From: Chlorokybus atmophyticus
Taxonomy: Eukaryota > Plantae > Mesostigma and Chlorokybus algae
Assembly: GCA_009103225.1 (NCBI GenBank)
Contig: RHPI01001010.1
Coordinates: 1-64,000, forward strand
DNA: 64,000 nt
Reading direction: 5' to 3'
Position numbers and translations under genes: made by a program. Below, piece after piece: positions 1-10,556 of the stretch. The notes under the pieces were generated by a model. That model did not search any database, was not told the DNA's origin, and saw only the letters and a list, made by a program, of their open reading frames with translations. Positions within the stretch are counted from its first letter, which is position 1. Every line of letters begins with the position of its first letter.

Positions 1-395
1 CCGGACCTAGTGCTCGTCCTTACGACCTTCTACTCCTGTGTGGAGGGTCGATGCTGATCGTATGTAGGAATACTCTCAACAGTCCGCTGGTTCTTATACC
101 AGCTTGTTACACACACGTCTACGTTTGCAAGCACTGCGTAAGCTATACTCAGCCTTTTGACGCGCTCTAAGCTGCGTTGTCTTTCTTAGAACTAGAGCTT
201 TCCAACAAGCTCTTACACGCCTAATATAAGTAAGTATACGCGGAGATACGAAGCAGTTAGTAAGGCTCCAGTCTGGAGTCCGGAGTCTGGTCCGACGATG
301 CCATCTTGCTAAGTCCGGACCTAGTGCTCGTCCTTACGACCTTCTACTCCTGTGTGGAGGGTCGATGCTGATCGTATGTAGGAATAACCTCAACA
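1..395 (-). mobile_element. LTR-like sequence (TGTTGA-start family), with an internal 81-bp direct repeat
   Basis: Ends ...TCAACA at 395. 1-81 is repeated at 315-395 (period 314). The reverse complement shares blocks with the solo LTR at 18840-19296 (ACTTAGCAAGA, GACTCCGGAC, AGCTTGTTGGAAAGCTCT, GGCTGAGTATAGC, GTAGACGTGTGT). Confidence 0.6.
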
Positions 396-462
396 CCGAT
401 CGCGTACAAGAGACCAAAGCAGCACACACCGCCCTCGAAATCGCCCATATGAAGGAGCAGGC
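396..462 (+). pseudogene. Fragment of a second copy of the DNMT-carrying Gypsy pol
   Basis: Reads DRVQETKAAHTALEIAHMKEQA versus DRVADTKAAHTTLEVVHMEEQA at 16454-16520; ungapped 51/67 nt identity. Cut by an N join at 463. Confidence 0.65.
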
Positions 463-464
463 NG

Positions 465-935
465 CTCGTCCGATGTCTGCTGCTTTCAAGCCAGGTCAAG
501 TTTGTGATTGAGAATGTGCCAGGAGCAGCTTCCTCATTCAGACCCAATCTGTCCCTTTGTGGCACGATGTTTGGCCTATCAGCTTTCCGATACCGTCTGT
601 TTGAAACACAGCCAATGGTAGCTACCCCACCAGCACGCTGCTCGCACGCGGGCAAGGCAGTTGGACTGCTATCGCCGCACCTGTCCGCTAGCGCGAAGAA
701 GACAATCGTGACATCAAACGCGCCACAGCAGATGTACCCGGTCTATGGCCTTCCAAGCACCAGGGGCGGCATTGCTGCGTGGCAAACAGCGCTGGGAGTG
801 CCATGGATGACCTCGGCCGTTTCCATAGCAAATGCAGTTCCTCCCGCAACGGCGGAGTGCATAGGGCGTCTCATGCTTGAAACAATGGATATGCGCTGTG
901 ACTACCCTCCTGTGTCATGGAACTATGAGGCTTGA
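465..935 (+). CDS. C5 cytosine DNA methyltransferase, C-terminal half (phage/actinobacterial type)
   Basis: Open frame LVRCLLLSSQVKFVIENVPGA..LCGTMFGL..FRYRLFET...ALGVPWM...IANAVPPATAECIGR carries motifs VI (ENV), VIII (R-x-R-LF), IX and X. Motifs I and IV are seen in the second copy at 56071-56800. Confidence 0.8.
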   Translation, partial: LVRCLLLSSQVKFVIENVPGAASSFRPNLSLCGTMFGLSAFRYRLFETQPMVATPPARCSHAGKAVGLLSPHLSASAKKTIVTSNAPQQMYPVYGLPSTRGGIAAWQTALGVPWMTSAVSIANAVPPATAECIGRLMLETMDMRCDYPPVSWNYEA

Positions 936-996
936 GTGTGGTGCACTGTATTGATGCTTAATGCCACACGGCGGACTGATTGTTGAATGTTGCATG

Positions 997-1321
997 GCTC
1001 ATGTGCATTCCTAACACCGCTATGCAGGTCCACCCGCAGCTGACGTATTGCTGGTGTGTAGAAAGCCTCGGTTCTCAATTCCCGGTCCTCATCCATCTCC
1101 AACAGATCTGATTTGGTGACGAGACAAACATCGCAAGGATGTCGTGTTTGGTTGTCTGACACAGTGCGTGCGAGTGTGGCAGTCTCCTGCAACACGACAA
1201 ACTCAAATGCTATACTGACAAAATACTCCATGCATTGTTTGCCAACAGGCTGCATCCGGTTACAACCATGCATGCCCACTATCTGCAAGTCGATGTTGTA
1301 GTTGGCAAGCGCGGGAAACAC
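997..1321 (-). other. Internal duplication of transposase segment (about 2705-3020) replacing the C-terminus
   Basis: The ORF switches at the N at 1322 from FVRX to VFPALANY...CDVCLV, repeating the central region. Copy 2 has a different C-terminus here (57547-57756). Confidence 0.65.
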
Positions 1322-1322
1322 N

Positions 1323-4265
1323 TAGCGGACAAACACGACATCCTTCCACACACGCTCGCCGCTACCACCCCACACCACCACGCGAAGAAAAAGGAGTGCC
1401 TGAGCCCACCACGTCACGTTCACACCGTCCTCATCACCTTCCAACTCAAGTGTAGAGAACCAAGGCCGCCCATGGAACATCCCAGTTGCGCGCGCCATGC
1501 TGACTCCTGATGTCATGTACACCGCTGCGCCTCCGTTCACCACGCGAACAGCACGCCACCCGTCGGCCAACTCCAGTTGTTCCCTCCTCAACCAGCTGTC
1601 CAGGGTGGCAGCAGCTTGTCGGCGAATGGAGTCTTTAAGGTGACTCGGCGGCTACGCGCAGATCCGCTCCAGTACGGGCTGGACTCCCTCCTTGTCAGCA
1701 CATCCATCCGTAGCAACTTGTCCGTCTTCTCCATGACATTACAGCACTGCTGCCGCGCCTGCGCCATGACCGAGCGCATCTCGGGATCCACGACCATGCC
1801 ATCCTCTCTCACATATTCCGCACAGCTCCATGCCTTCAGGATACGTGCCTGGTAGTCCCGGTTGTTGCCACCACGCGCCCACCGTTTGATATTTTGGGCG
1901 TGCGTCTGCTCCATGCGGTTGGCGCTGAACCAATCTGGGTGTCCACTGCTGACAATTGCCGGCCCAAAATGAGTGAGCTGATGCATCTTCTCGATCTTCC
2001 AACCTGACTTCTGTGCAGAATATGACGACAGTATCGGATGCAACACTGCAGCTTTGAAGGCAGCCAGCTTGTTGTCGGCTGTGGTCAGGGTCTCTCTTGT
2101 GTGTTCATGCGCCTTCAGCAACTTCTTGTTCCACTGGGCAAGCGATGCGGCAGCAATGGTGAAGAAATCGTTGCCCTCACTGTCGAGCAGCAAACCGTCT
2201 GCGAGGACCGGCAGCAGCTGCAGCACCGCCACTTTCTCCACCACCTGAAAGGAGTGGTCGGACAGGAAGAAATCTACTGTGCTTGTGGGTGCCTTGAAGT
2301 GCGAAACCCGCAGAGCCGCCTTGCATGCATTCAGCCTGTGCACATCTGCTCGTGAGCAAGTGTTGTTGGCTTTTGTGTTCAACACAAAAGCAACACCAAA
2401 GACGTGCCTGGCCTGCAGAATCTGTCTCGTGGATGGACGCATTCGTTCCTTCGCGGCGTCGTACACAGCAGCAAGCAGGTGGTCAATGATGCCTCCCAGC
2501 ACATGCATTGCGTCAGGGGCAAGACGAGAGTAGCAGTCAGCTCCCGGCACCCGCGACTGTCGCCAACCCCACAGTGCATTCTGTTGCCAAACCACATTGC
2601 CTGGTTTCACGGAAAGCCATTCATCCTCACGAATGCCGGTAATTTGACCATTACCTCCTCGACATGCATGGAGTGCTGCTCTTTGAAAGCCTTGGCTGTC
2701 TGGCGTGCATTCCTAACACCGCTATGCAGGTCCGCCCGCAGCTGACGTATTGCTGGTGTGTAGAAGGCCTCGGTTCTCAATTCCCGGTCCTCATCCATCT
2801 CCAACAGATCTGATTTGGTGACGAGACAAACATCGCAAGGATGTCGTGTTTGGTTGCCCGACACAGTGCGTGCGAGTGTGGCAGTCTCCTACAACACGAC
2901 AAACTCAGATGTTCTACTGACAACATCCTCCATGCACTGTTTGCTGGCAGGCTGCATCCGGTTACAACCATTCATGCCCACTACCTGCAAATCGCTGATG
3001 TAGTTGGCAAGCGCGGGAAACACACGACGCTCGATGCCATTCGGGTCGATGAGCTGCAGACCTTCCCAACTCGCCCGCTTCACATCCCCTAACACTACAT
3101 TCAAAGCGTCATGAAAAATCTCACGTTTCCGAATGGAGAACGATTCCTTGCCCTGCGCCCAGGTGGGATGCCCGGCCACTGCGTGAACCACCGGCAGAAG
3201 CGCTATCATAACAACCCCCATGTTGCTAGCATACATGTCCCAACTGTAGTTGGCAAGCGATGCCATCAGAGGGTAGCCAGAGCGCTTGCCCGCGCTGTCC
3301 AGCGTGGTCTTGTCACTGTACAGAATGGCAGGCGCCAAGTAGGACGCTTCCCCCACCTCTCTCCTCAAATCCACCTCCACATCCTTCCACCAATCGCCCG
3401 TGGAAGGATGGCCAAAGCTGTGCTCGTCACCAGTGTACTGGAGATTGAAGCCATTGGCGGCATGTGGATTGCCATACAACCGCGCGAGCCATACCTGCTC
3501 CGACCAAGAGCATTACTTACTATGCTGGCCTCAGAATAGATACTGCATCGATACTGCATTAGGTACTGCATTTCACAGACCTTGGCCGGCATATATGTGA
3601 CGCAGATGTCCTGATCCTCAGGGTCTCCAGGCTTGCGCAGGTCAGCCGTCACGTAGTTCTGATACGGCAGCACACTCGCATGTGCATATGTGACATGGCT
3701 CTGATGGTTGAAGCACATGCACCGCACACCGTGAACACACCTCAGACTGAGAGAAAGCAATCGTGGTCCGGAGGTAGCTGGCCGCATGCACACCGGTCTC
3801 CCACTGGAGCTCTTCCGTCAGGAAGTGTGCATTTCGGATGCACTTGATGATCCGCCCCATGTCGGAGGCCGACAGGCCTTGGCCGTTGTTGCACTGCACG
3901 AATGCCACTGCAAGAGCATGCTCCGAGCCATACCACCTGGATTCCGACGCGTGCGAAGGGACGCCTCCACTTCCATGTTGGCGTGCCACAGGTTTCTCAG
4001 GCACACGCACACATCGAAAGCCCTCGTTCACTTCCTCCTCCTCCTGTTGCTGCTGTGCGTGTGTCTCCTGGAGGAATCCTTCAGCATCAAGCATGTGAGC
4101 ATCCTGGATCGAACTCCCCGGTTCAACATGACCCGCATCGTACTGTAATGGACGCTGGCCGACATACAGCTTGATCTGCTTGCACACCCTGCTGCTAATA
4201 ATGTGCATGTAGACCGAGCTGCGTGTGGCGAAGCGCATGTGGCAATACGGACAAAGGACTCCCAT
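1323..4265 (-). CDS. Plavaka-family (CMC-related) transposase, 4 GT-AG introns, one 1-bp frameshift near 1612
   Basis: N-terminal C2H2-like CPYC..H, then TGDWW, PAILYSDKT, YPLMASLAN, YISDLQE, CDVC, PDAMH, KMHQLTH, FSANRMEQTH, FHGRPWFS. Removing introns 3740-3659, 3580-3495, 2984-2889 and 2654-2581 joins the separate ORFs in frame. Confidence 0.85.
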
Positions 4266-4332
4266 ATCTCACTACTAACGTCGACACAGGTGTCGCCAAT
4301 GTAACCTGCATCATATCCAGCAACACGCACAC

Positions 4333-4364
<32 letters not shown>

Positions 4365-4762
4365 GCCACCGCTACCGCTACCCTTGCATGCCAGAGGCGG
4401 GAAACTTGGCCGCCAGTCACTGGCTCCGTCGTACCATTATAATGGTACGATCGAGCCATTGAACGTCCAGGGTGAGTCTGGATATATATATATATACATA
4501 TATATTCTGATTGAACCGTTTCAATGGTACGAAGATGCCTTTGCCCCAAGGTATAGGCATTATACAAAGGTACCATTGAAATGGTACCTTTGTACAATGG
4601 CAATGGCAGTTCGTACCATTGACAACTCTGGCAATGTCAGTCCCCCTGCGCATGAAAACACCATTGATAGCTCCGCCAAGCTATGCCCTTACAGGGGCGT
4701 GATGCCGAGGGTATGTGGCGTTTGGAAGATCGTTGGCGGCGCTGCCAGGGGCGTAGTGGGCA

Positions 4763-5636
4763 TTGTGGTCGAGGTCCGGGATGAATTCCATGTTCGCACA
4801 GGGCGGGCAGGGTGCCGGAGGGGTGTCCTCGGTGTCAAACCCCACCAAGACTACCAAGGGCACATCCAATGACAACAGTGACTCGGGCGATATCTTACAG
4901 GGCTCCCCCTCCGAGTGGGCAAAGGCACACCACAATACTGCCTCTAAGAAAATCCGACCCACCAGCAGCTGCGACCACGGCGACATGATTGAAGGGACCA
5001 AACAAGACTGGCATAACCAAGGTGGGTTACGATGCACTGTCAATGCCACATGCTAGGGTTCTTTTATCTTGCACATGCACAGCCTCAAGTATCTTGCACT
5101 TGACATACATTGTCAATACGACATGCACACCCTCATGCACAACCTCCAGTGTCATGCACATGAACAGCATGACCAATCTCGCAAATGCACAGCCTATTTC
5201 TACTTGCGGGAGCTCACAAGTCGCAAAAGAGAAGCTGCGGAGTCAAACGAACGGGTAATCTATGACCTAGTTTAATGTTTCCAGCGGTAATTAAGCAGTA
5301 TGCTTGCAGATTGCCATGTTGGTCAGAGTGAACCAAGAGCAGCGCGGCAGGCTGACTGTCTGCCTGGCGGAGTGCAACAAAGCGGAAGACGAGGTAAGCG
5401 TGTGTATGCTGATGGGCTAGTCCTCTGGCAGCACGCCACTCTTACAGCATTACCAAATGCAGGTGGTCACTCTCAAAGCGACCATCAAGCGCATGCGCGT
5501 GCACGGCGAGGCGCTGACATTTAAGCTGAAGGACGAAGTAGCCGCTGTACTGTCAGCGAGCGAGGCAGCGGATGAAGATGACTCCGGCGTTGAAGCAGAA
5601 GACTCGTTGGAGGAGGAACAGGAGGAGGGGGTTTGA
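4763..5636 (+). CDS. Transposon accessory gene, divergent from the transposase, spliced, acidic C-terminal tail; function unknown
   Basis: Coding-like blocks (RELTSRKREAAES; QVVTLKATIKRMRVH..EDDSGVEAEDSLEEEQEEG) are conserved in copy 2 at 61140-62012. Exon structure is not fully resolved. Confidence 0.4.
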
Positions 5637-6189
5637 GGAGGAGTTCTGAGGCAGGCACCACGGGTTGACAAGCTGCGCATGAGTCCGACAGCTAGACTCA
5701 ATGTTATAGGGTAGTTTCATGCGCAAGTCGGCTGCTCAGTTGTAAGTGGACATACTCTCACCACTGCCCGTACATTGTATATATTGTGGGCTTTTAGGTG
5801 CAAGACCAAACAATCAGTCCAAGGTTTATACAAGCTGCATGGCATGTTAGTGTTGGCTTACGGCAAGAATTGCCAACTTTTGTCAAACGGCAAGGGTCAC
5901 ATATTAACAGCAGTGTAACGGCAAAGAAACTGCCGGCTATTGCTGTCTGCTGTCCGTGACTACCGGCTAACGGCCGTCTGTGCACATCGACCAAAGGGTA
6001 ACTGGTTGACAACTCTCGGCCGGTTAGGGCCACTGACAACCACTTTCGGCCCGCGGCCGTCTGCGTCAGTCCACCTAAGCCAACGGCAAACCCAACAGTC
6101 CAAAAGTAATATTTCAGGCAGCGACAGGCAGGCTCAGGCACCAGTCAGTCCCTCAGTCCTTAGTCAGTCACCATGTAAAATTTGCGACG

Positions 6190-6990
6190 ATAGTTCAAGA
6201 AGAAGGGACGCTCTTTCATTGATTCGCAATAGGCCAAGTTCATGCCGAACTCCACTACATCTAGTAGCTCATCCCAATTGTTTTAGCTTGCCGACACGTA
6301 GTGTCACAAGGCTTGTTCCAAGTTTCTAATCATCCTCTCCGTGTGTCCGTCACTGTGAAGATGGTATGCGGACATGAATTACTTAATCCCTATTGTCTCA
6401 CACACACTCTTTGACAATGCTCCCGTGCATCTCGGATCTTATCCAAGACCAACTCCTTCGGGAGTCCATGAAGCTTAAACTATTTGCTATGAACAACCTA
6501 GTAATCTCAACCGCATTGATCTCCGTCTTATATGCGCCGAAGTGAGCCATCTTGCTTAACCTATCTACAAAGAGAACAATGGCCGTGTTGCCATGCTTTG
6601 TCTTTTGTAGCTCCGTTATCAAGTCCATGCTCACACTCTCGCACGTGTCATCGGGCACGGGTAAAGGTACAAGCAAGCCACCCTTGCGTGCATTGATGGA
6701 CTTGTTGCGCTGACACAAATCACATGTTTTTACATATGCCTCGATGTCACTTGTCATTGAAGGCCACCAATAACTTCTTTGCCCAAGCTTGATGGTCTTC
6801 TTAATGCCAAAGTGCCCTCGGTAGGGAGGGTCATGCATCTCGCTCATGCACGCCACTCGAAGGCCCGATTCATCCGGCACCACTATCGCCTCACCCTCGT
6901 ACCAAAAGTTGCCTTCTTGCACTAGTTCGGACTTGTGTAAGTCCTTGAACCATTGGTTCATGAGGTAAGCACTTGCTATCCTAGCTTCCA
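6190..6990 (-). pseudogene. Ty3/Gypsy integrase fragment (different family from the DNMT Gypsy)
   Basis: HDPPYRGHFG..WWPSM..CDLCQ zinc finger, VSMDLIT, VDRLSKMAHF; continues after frameshifts to FFLNY at the transposon junction. Confidence 0.8.
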
Positions 6991-7029
6991 ACAGTCGGCC
7001 GGAACCACAAGTCATTATAAGGCGACTTG

Positions 7030-7280
7030 CTTGCCACAACAGGCAGGCCGCCGTGACGGCCAAGCTACGCTTAACGGTCGGCCGTCACTGCAAAGTCACG
7101 CGCTTGCCATTTCAGGTAGGCCGCCGTTACTTGTGTACTATCAACCGTAGATTGGCCATCAACAACAGTCCACAATAGCCGACGGCAGACCCAACAGTCA
7201 AAAAGCGACATGTCAGGCACGATCAGGCACTCGTCAGTCCCTCAGTCCCTGGTCAGTCATGTTGTGTAAAATTTACGACA
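7030..7280. repeat. Third copy of the Plavaka-element right terminal region
   Basis: 7180-7280 resembles 6080-6189 and about 62440-62552 (GACGGCAGACCCAACAGTC..CAGTCCCTCAGTCC..AAATTTACGACA). Confidence 0.55.
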
Positions 7281-7869
7281 TTGCTATATAGACAATCACT
7301 TGAATGATGCCATGTGACACTGCCAACACATGAGTGTTATTGATGTAGCAGTCATGATATAAGCTGGACAGTAAGCTGTCAGTCACATGACATCAACACT
7401 TGGCTAGCGTGTGCAAATAAGTGTTGCGCGACAGTCAGTGACCATTCCATTCATTGCCGTGTATAACATTGTCTTTGAGTTGTCCTGATTGTCAATGATG
7501 CCTTGTACAATGTTGACAACTGTTATTTGACAGTATATAACTATCAGTGACTGCCTTTCGTAGTAACATGCGCAGGTTATGCCATTATGACATCTATATG
7601 GCATGACCATTACTGTAACTGATGCCACGTGCAATTGTGGTTACTATCATGCCAGTGTCAATCACAATTAATGACTATGACTGATTGTGGCATGCACAGG
7701 CGGTAACCACATTGTTGCACGTTCACAGACCACATTTTTGCACGTTCACCAACCCAACAACCAAGCTCACAGTTGACAAGCAACACGTTCCCACCCTCAG
7801 TGGCAGCATAAGGCCTACTAGTAGCTACAACACCTAGTAAAACACGATGTACAACTTGTTGAACTTGAC

Positions 7870-9740
7870 GGAGGGGGAGGACATGGCACCATGCACGCGT
7901 GCTCAGAGCTGGTCGAGGCAGGTGACGACGGGGGCCTCCCACTCGGGCTTCTTCTTCAGCTCCATCCTTGAAGGCCCACGTAGGAAGGTGGCCTCGTTGG
8001 CTGCAGCTTCCATCAGCAAGCGCTCTCGTGCGATGATGGCGTTTTGCAGGTCGTTGTCCTCTGCTGAAAGTCACCTCTCGCCTGCCATCCACTTCTCCCT
8101 TTGCTCCCGGGGGGGAGGGGGGGTGGTTGGTTGAGTGCTTGCGCGTGTGTGCTGCTACTGTGCGTGCTGCTGCCGTGCATGCGCGCTGTGCGTGTGTGTG
8201 TGTGTGCACACTCTTACCGCAGTCTCAAGGTAGCCCAAGTTGCAAGTGATGGCGTAGATGTGCCACTCGGGGATGCGCTCAGTCGCACAACCAGTGCCGT
8301 TGAAGACTGCGCGGCACACCTTCCTCCATTCTTCTCGACCCCAAGGGTCATCACCGTCGACGCGGTATCTGTCACCTGCAACATCAACACATTGTTACTA
8401 AAATGGCACTAGTGGCGACGTACACAAGGCATTGCAGCTTGCAACATACCTATAAGTTGCTCACAGCAACTTACTTACCAGTCAGCCATTGGTCGGAGGT
8501 GTGAGGAGTGGAGTAAATGACACCGATGCACTTTTTGAGGGTGGAGGATATCACGCCCTTCTTGATGCCATGGATGCAGCGGCACGCGATTTCAACAATG
8601 CGCGGCCCCGCGAACTTTGCCATTGAAGACACGCACATGAGAGAGGGAGGGAGGGAGAGAGAGGGGAGGGGGGGGGGGGGNATGCGGAAGGCTCCGCGTG
8701 CAGGATTGACAAAAGACCATTCGTGTACAAGCATGTGCTCCAGCGTGCGGACGTGGGCGCCTTGTTGTAGTGCATGAGGCGGCTCAGCAACTTGTCGGCA
8801 CAATTCTGTGTGAACAAAGCACAAGTGGACAAGCAACGGTGCAGCATCAGATTTATTAAGTGCGCCGTTGTACAGCAACTGCTGCACATCGCTGCAGCTA
8901 CTGCTGCTGTTGTTGATTGCATCAGCAGCATCAACTGCAGCAACCAAACAACACTGCAGCTGAATGCTGCAAGAGCAAGTGTGCATACTGATGCACTTCA
9001 CATACTTAGCAATGAGACGAGCTTACGTTGATGTGTGGGTCGTTCTTTGCGAAGCTTCTCCATGAGCTCTGCTCAACATCTGCTCATCCTCAGGGTCGAC
9101 ATGCGAAGCGGGTGCCTGAAGGTTGTTGACAGGAGGTGGGGGTGGTGGAGAACCGTATTGTGCGCCAGCAGGGTTGGGTATAGCAAACTGCGCGGGCGGG
9201 GGGGGGGGCAAGGAGTATGAGGGCAAGGTGGCTGGAGTAGTCCGCACGGCGTTGATGATCTCGAAAATCATGGCGCCAAGCATCTGCCGAATCATCTTCG
9301 CCATGTCACTCAAAGCTGCAAAGTTCTACAAGCATACATGCAATAAGATGGCATGACGTGTAGATAACACAAGGGGTTCATGTGTGCGTGCGAGCATGCA
9401 TGACATGTCACACTTACACTTACATTGCCATTGGCAGCTTGCTCTGACTGCCTGGGATATGAGGAGCTGACGGAGTTGTTGTTGTTGTTGCGTCCAAGGT
9501 TGGGGTGATTGCAAGGGGGCGGGTGGGGCGGTCAATGATGGCTTTGGCACGCTTTGCGGCTTGCGCGATGAACGTTCGCTTAGACCAACGACCTGCTTGC
9601 CCCTCCTGCGCTTGGTTGCCTCCGCCTCTTGCGCCTCCTGCTCTGTATGCCAAATTAATGGCATTGTCATGCAGAGCGTTAAAATCCTCGTCCTTAATCT
9701 CACCCAGCGCATCAATTGCATCAAACAAGTGTGTCAAAAT
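7870..9740 (-). pseudogene. Degraded multi-exon gene of unknown function, cut by the Gypsy insertion
   Basis: Exon-like blocks with GT/AG borders (e.g. GDRYRVDGDDPWGREEWRKVCRAVFNG; Pro-rich 9023-9313; ILTHLFDAIDALGEIKDEDF next to the LTR) and in-frame stops. A possible upstream part lies at 27850-28113. Confidence 0.35.
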
Positions 9741-10345
9741 TGTCATGCCTATCGCCCGGGCATGCCAGTCGTCATCGGGCATGCCTACAGCGAGACCCTC
9801 GCCCGGCTTACCAGCATGGCGACCCACGCGCGTCACTGACCAGTAGCTAGGTTATGTCTCTAGAGTAGCTCATGACCATAGCCTACATGGGCACCGCGCA
9901 TAGCTGTTCAGTTGTGAGTTTAGTTATAAGTTGGGTTCTATATCGAGTGGGGATTTGCTGTGGAAATAGCCTCGATATGACCGTTAGCTTATGTTCTGGA
10001 CAGTCATGAGTTGATCTGTATAAGTAGGCACAGTGTTCACCGGATCAGCTGGTGACACTGTAAGTGAGAAAGCTAAGAGCTTGTGAAGCGACTTGAACTA
10101 CGAAACACGCCGTCCCGGTTCCCCAGAATCCCCTCACCGTGTGAGAGCCTGTGCATGTTCTTGTGCACTGTGCTTGTCCTTGTTGTGAGCTTGGTGTACT
10201 TGGTCGCGGGGTGCTTGTTGGCATCAGTCAGGGCATAGCATCCACGTGTTGCTTGCTCATTCACCTCACTTAACAGTGTAATTTCTCTTCCACTCATGCA
10301 AAGAACTGTGTAAACAGCGCTACTTATAAGAGTGGCTTGTTGACT
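9741..10345 (+). repeat. 5' LTR (TGTCA...TGACT)
   Basis: About 13 substitutions and one 8-bp indel versus 20488-21084 by manual count (about 2%). TATA-like TATAAG at 10019. Confidence 0.85.
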
Positions 10346-10357
10346 TACAGTGTCACC
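10343..10357 (+). promoter_or_regulatory. Putative self-priming primer-binding site
   Basis: ACTTACAGTGTCACC at the LTR end is the exact reverse complement of GGTGACACTGTAAGT at 10051-10065. No tRNA-type TGG PBS is seen. Confidence 0.65.
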
Positions 10358-10556
10358 CTCTTTGCTCAAGTGAGTGTAGCTGCAGGCTGCACATCAGCAT
10401 CGCAATCTGTAGTTGTACACATCGTAGTGCATTGTTGTCACCGTCATCGCATAGCGCGCACAAGCGCTAGTGTGTTGGGTGATAGCAGCACTGGAGATCC
10501 CATTGTAGAGCACAAACACTCTACCCTTCATCCACTTTCACCATCGCATAAGCTGT

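Larger units (their letters stand above)
464..6189. mobile_element. Plavaka/CMC-type DNA transposon, copy 1 (right-hand 5.7 kb; left part lost at N join)
   Basis: Colinear and homologous with about 56870-62552 (MTase C-terminus, transposase, accessory gene, terminal region). Ends ...AAATTTGCGACG at 6189, like ...AAATTTGAGACG at 62552. Confidence 0.8.

Noticed and set aside
10051-10357. MITE with 15-bp TIRs
   Set aside because: The right arm is missing from the 3' LTR copy and there is no TSD; better explained as a PBS/R-region pairing.
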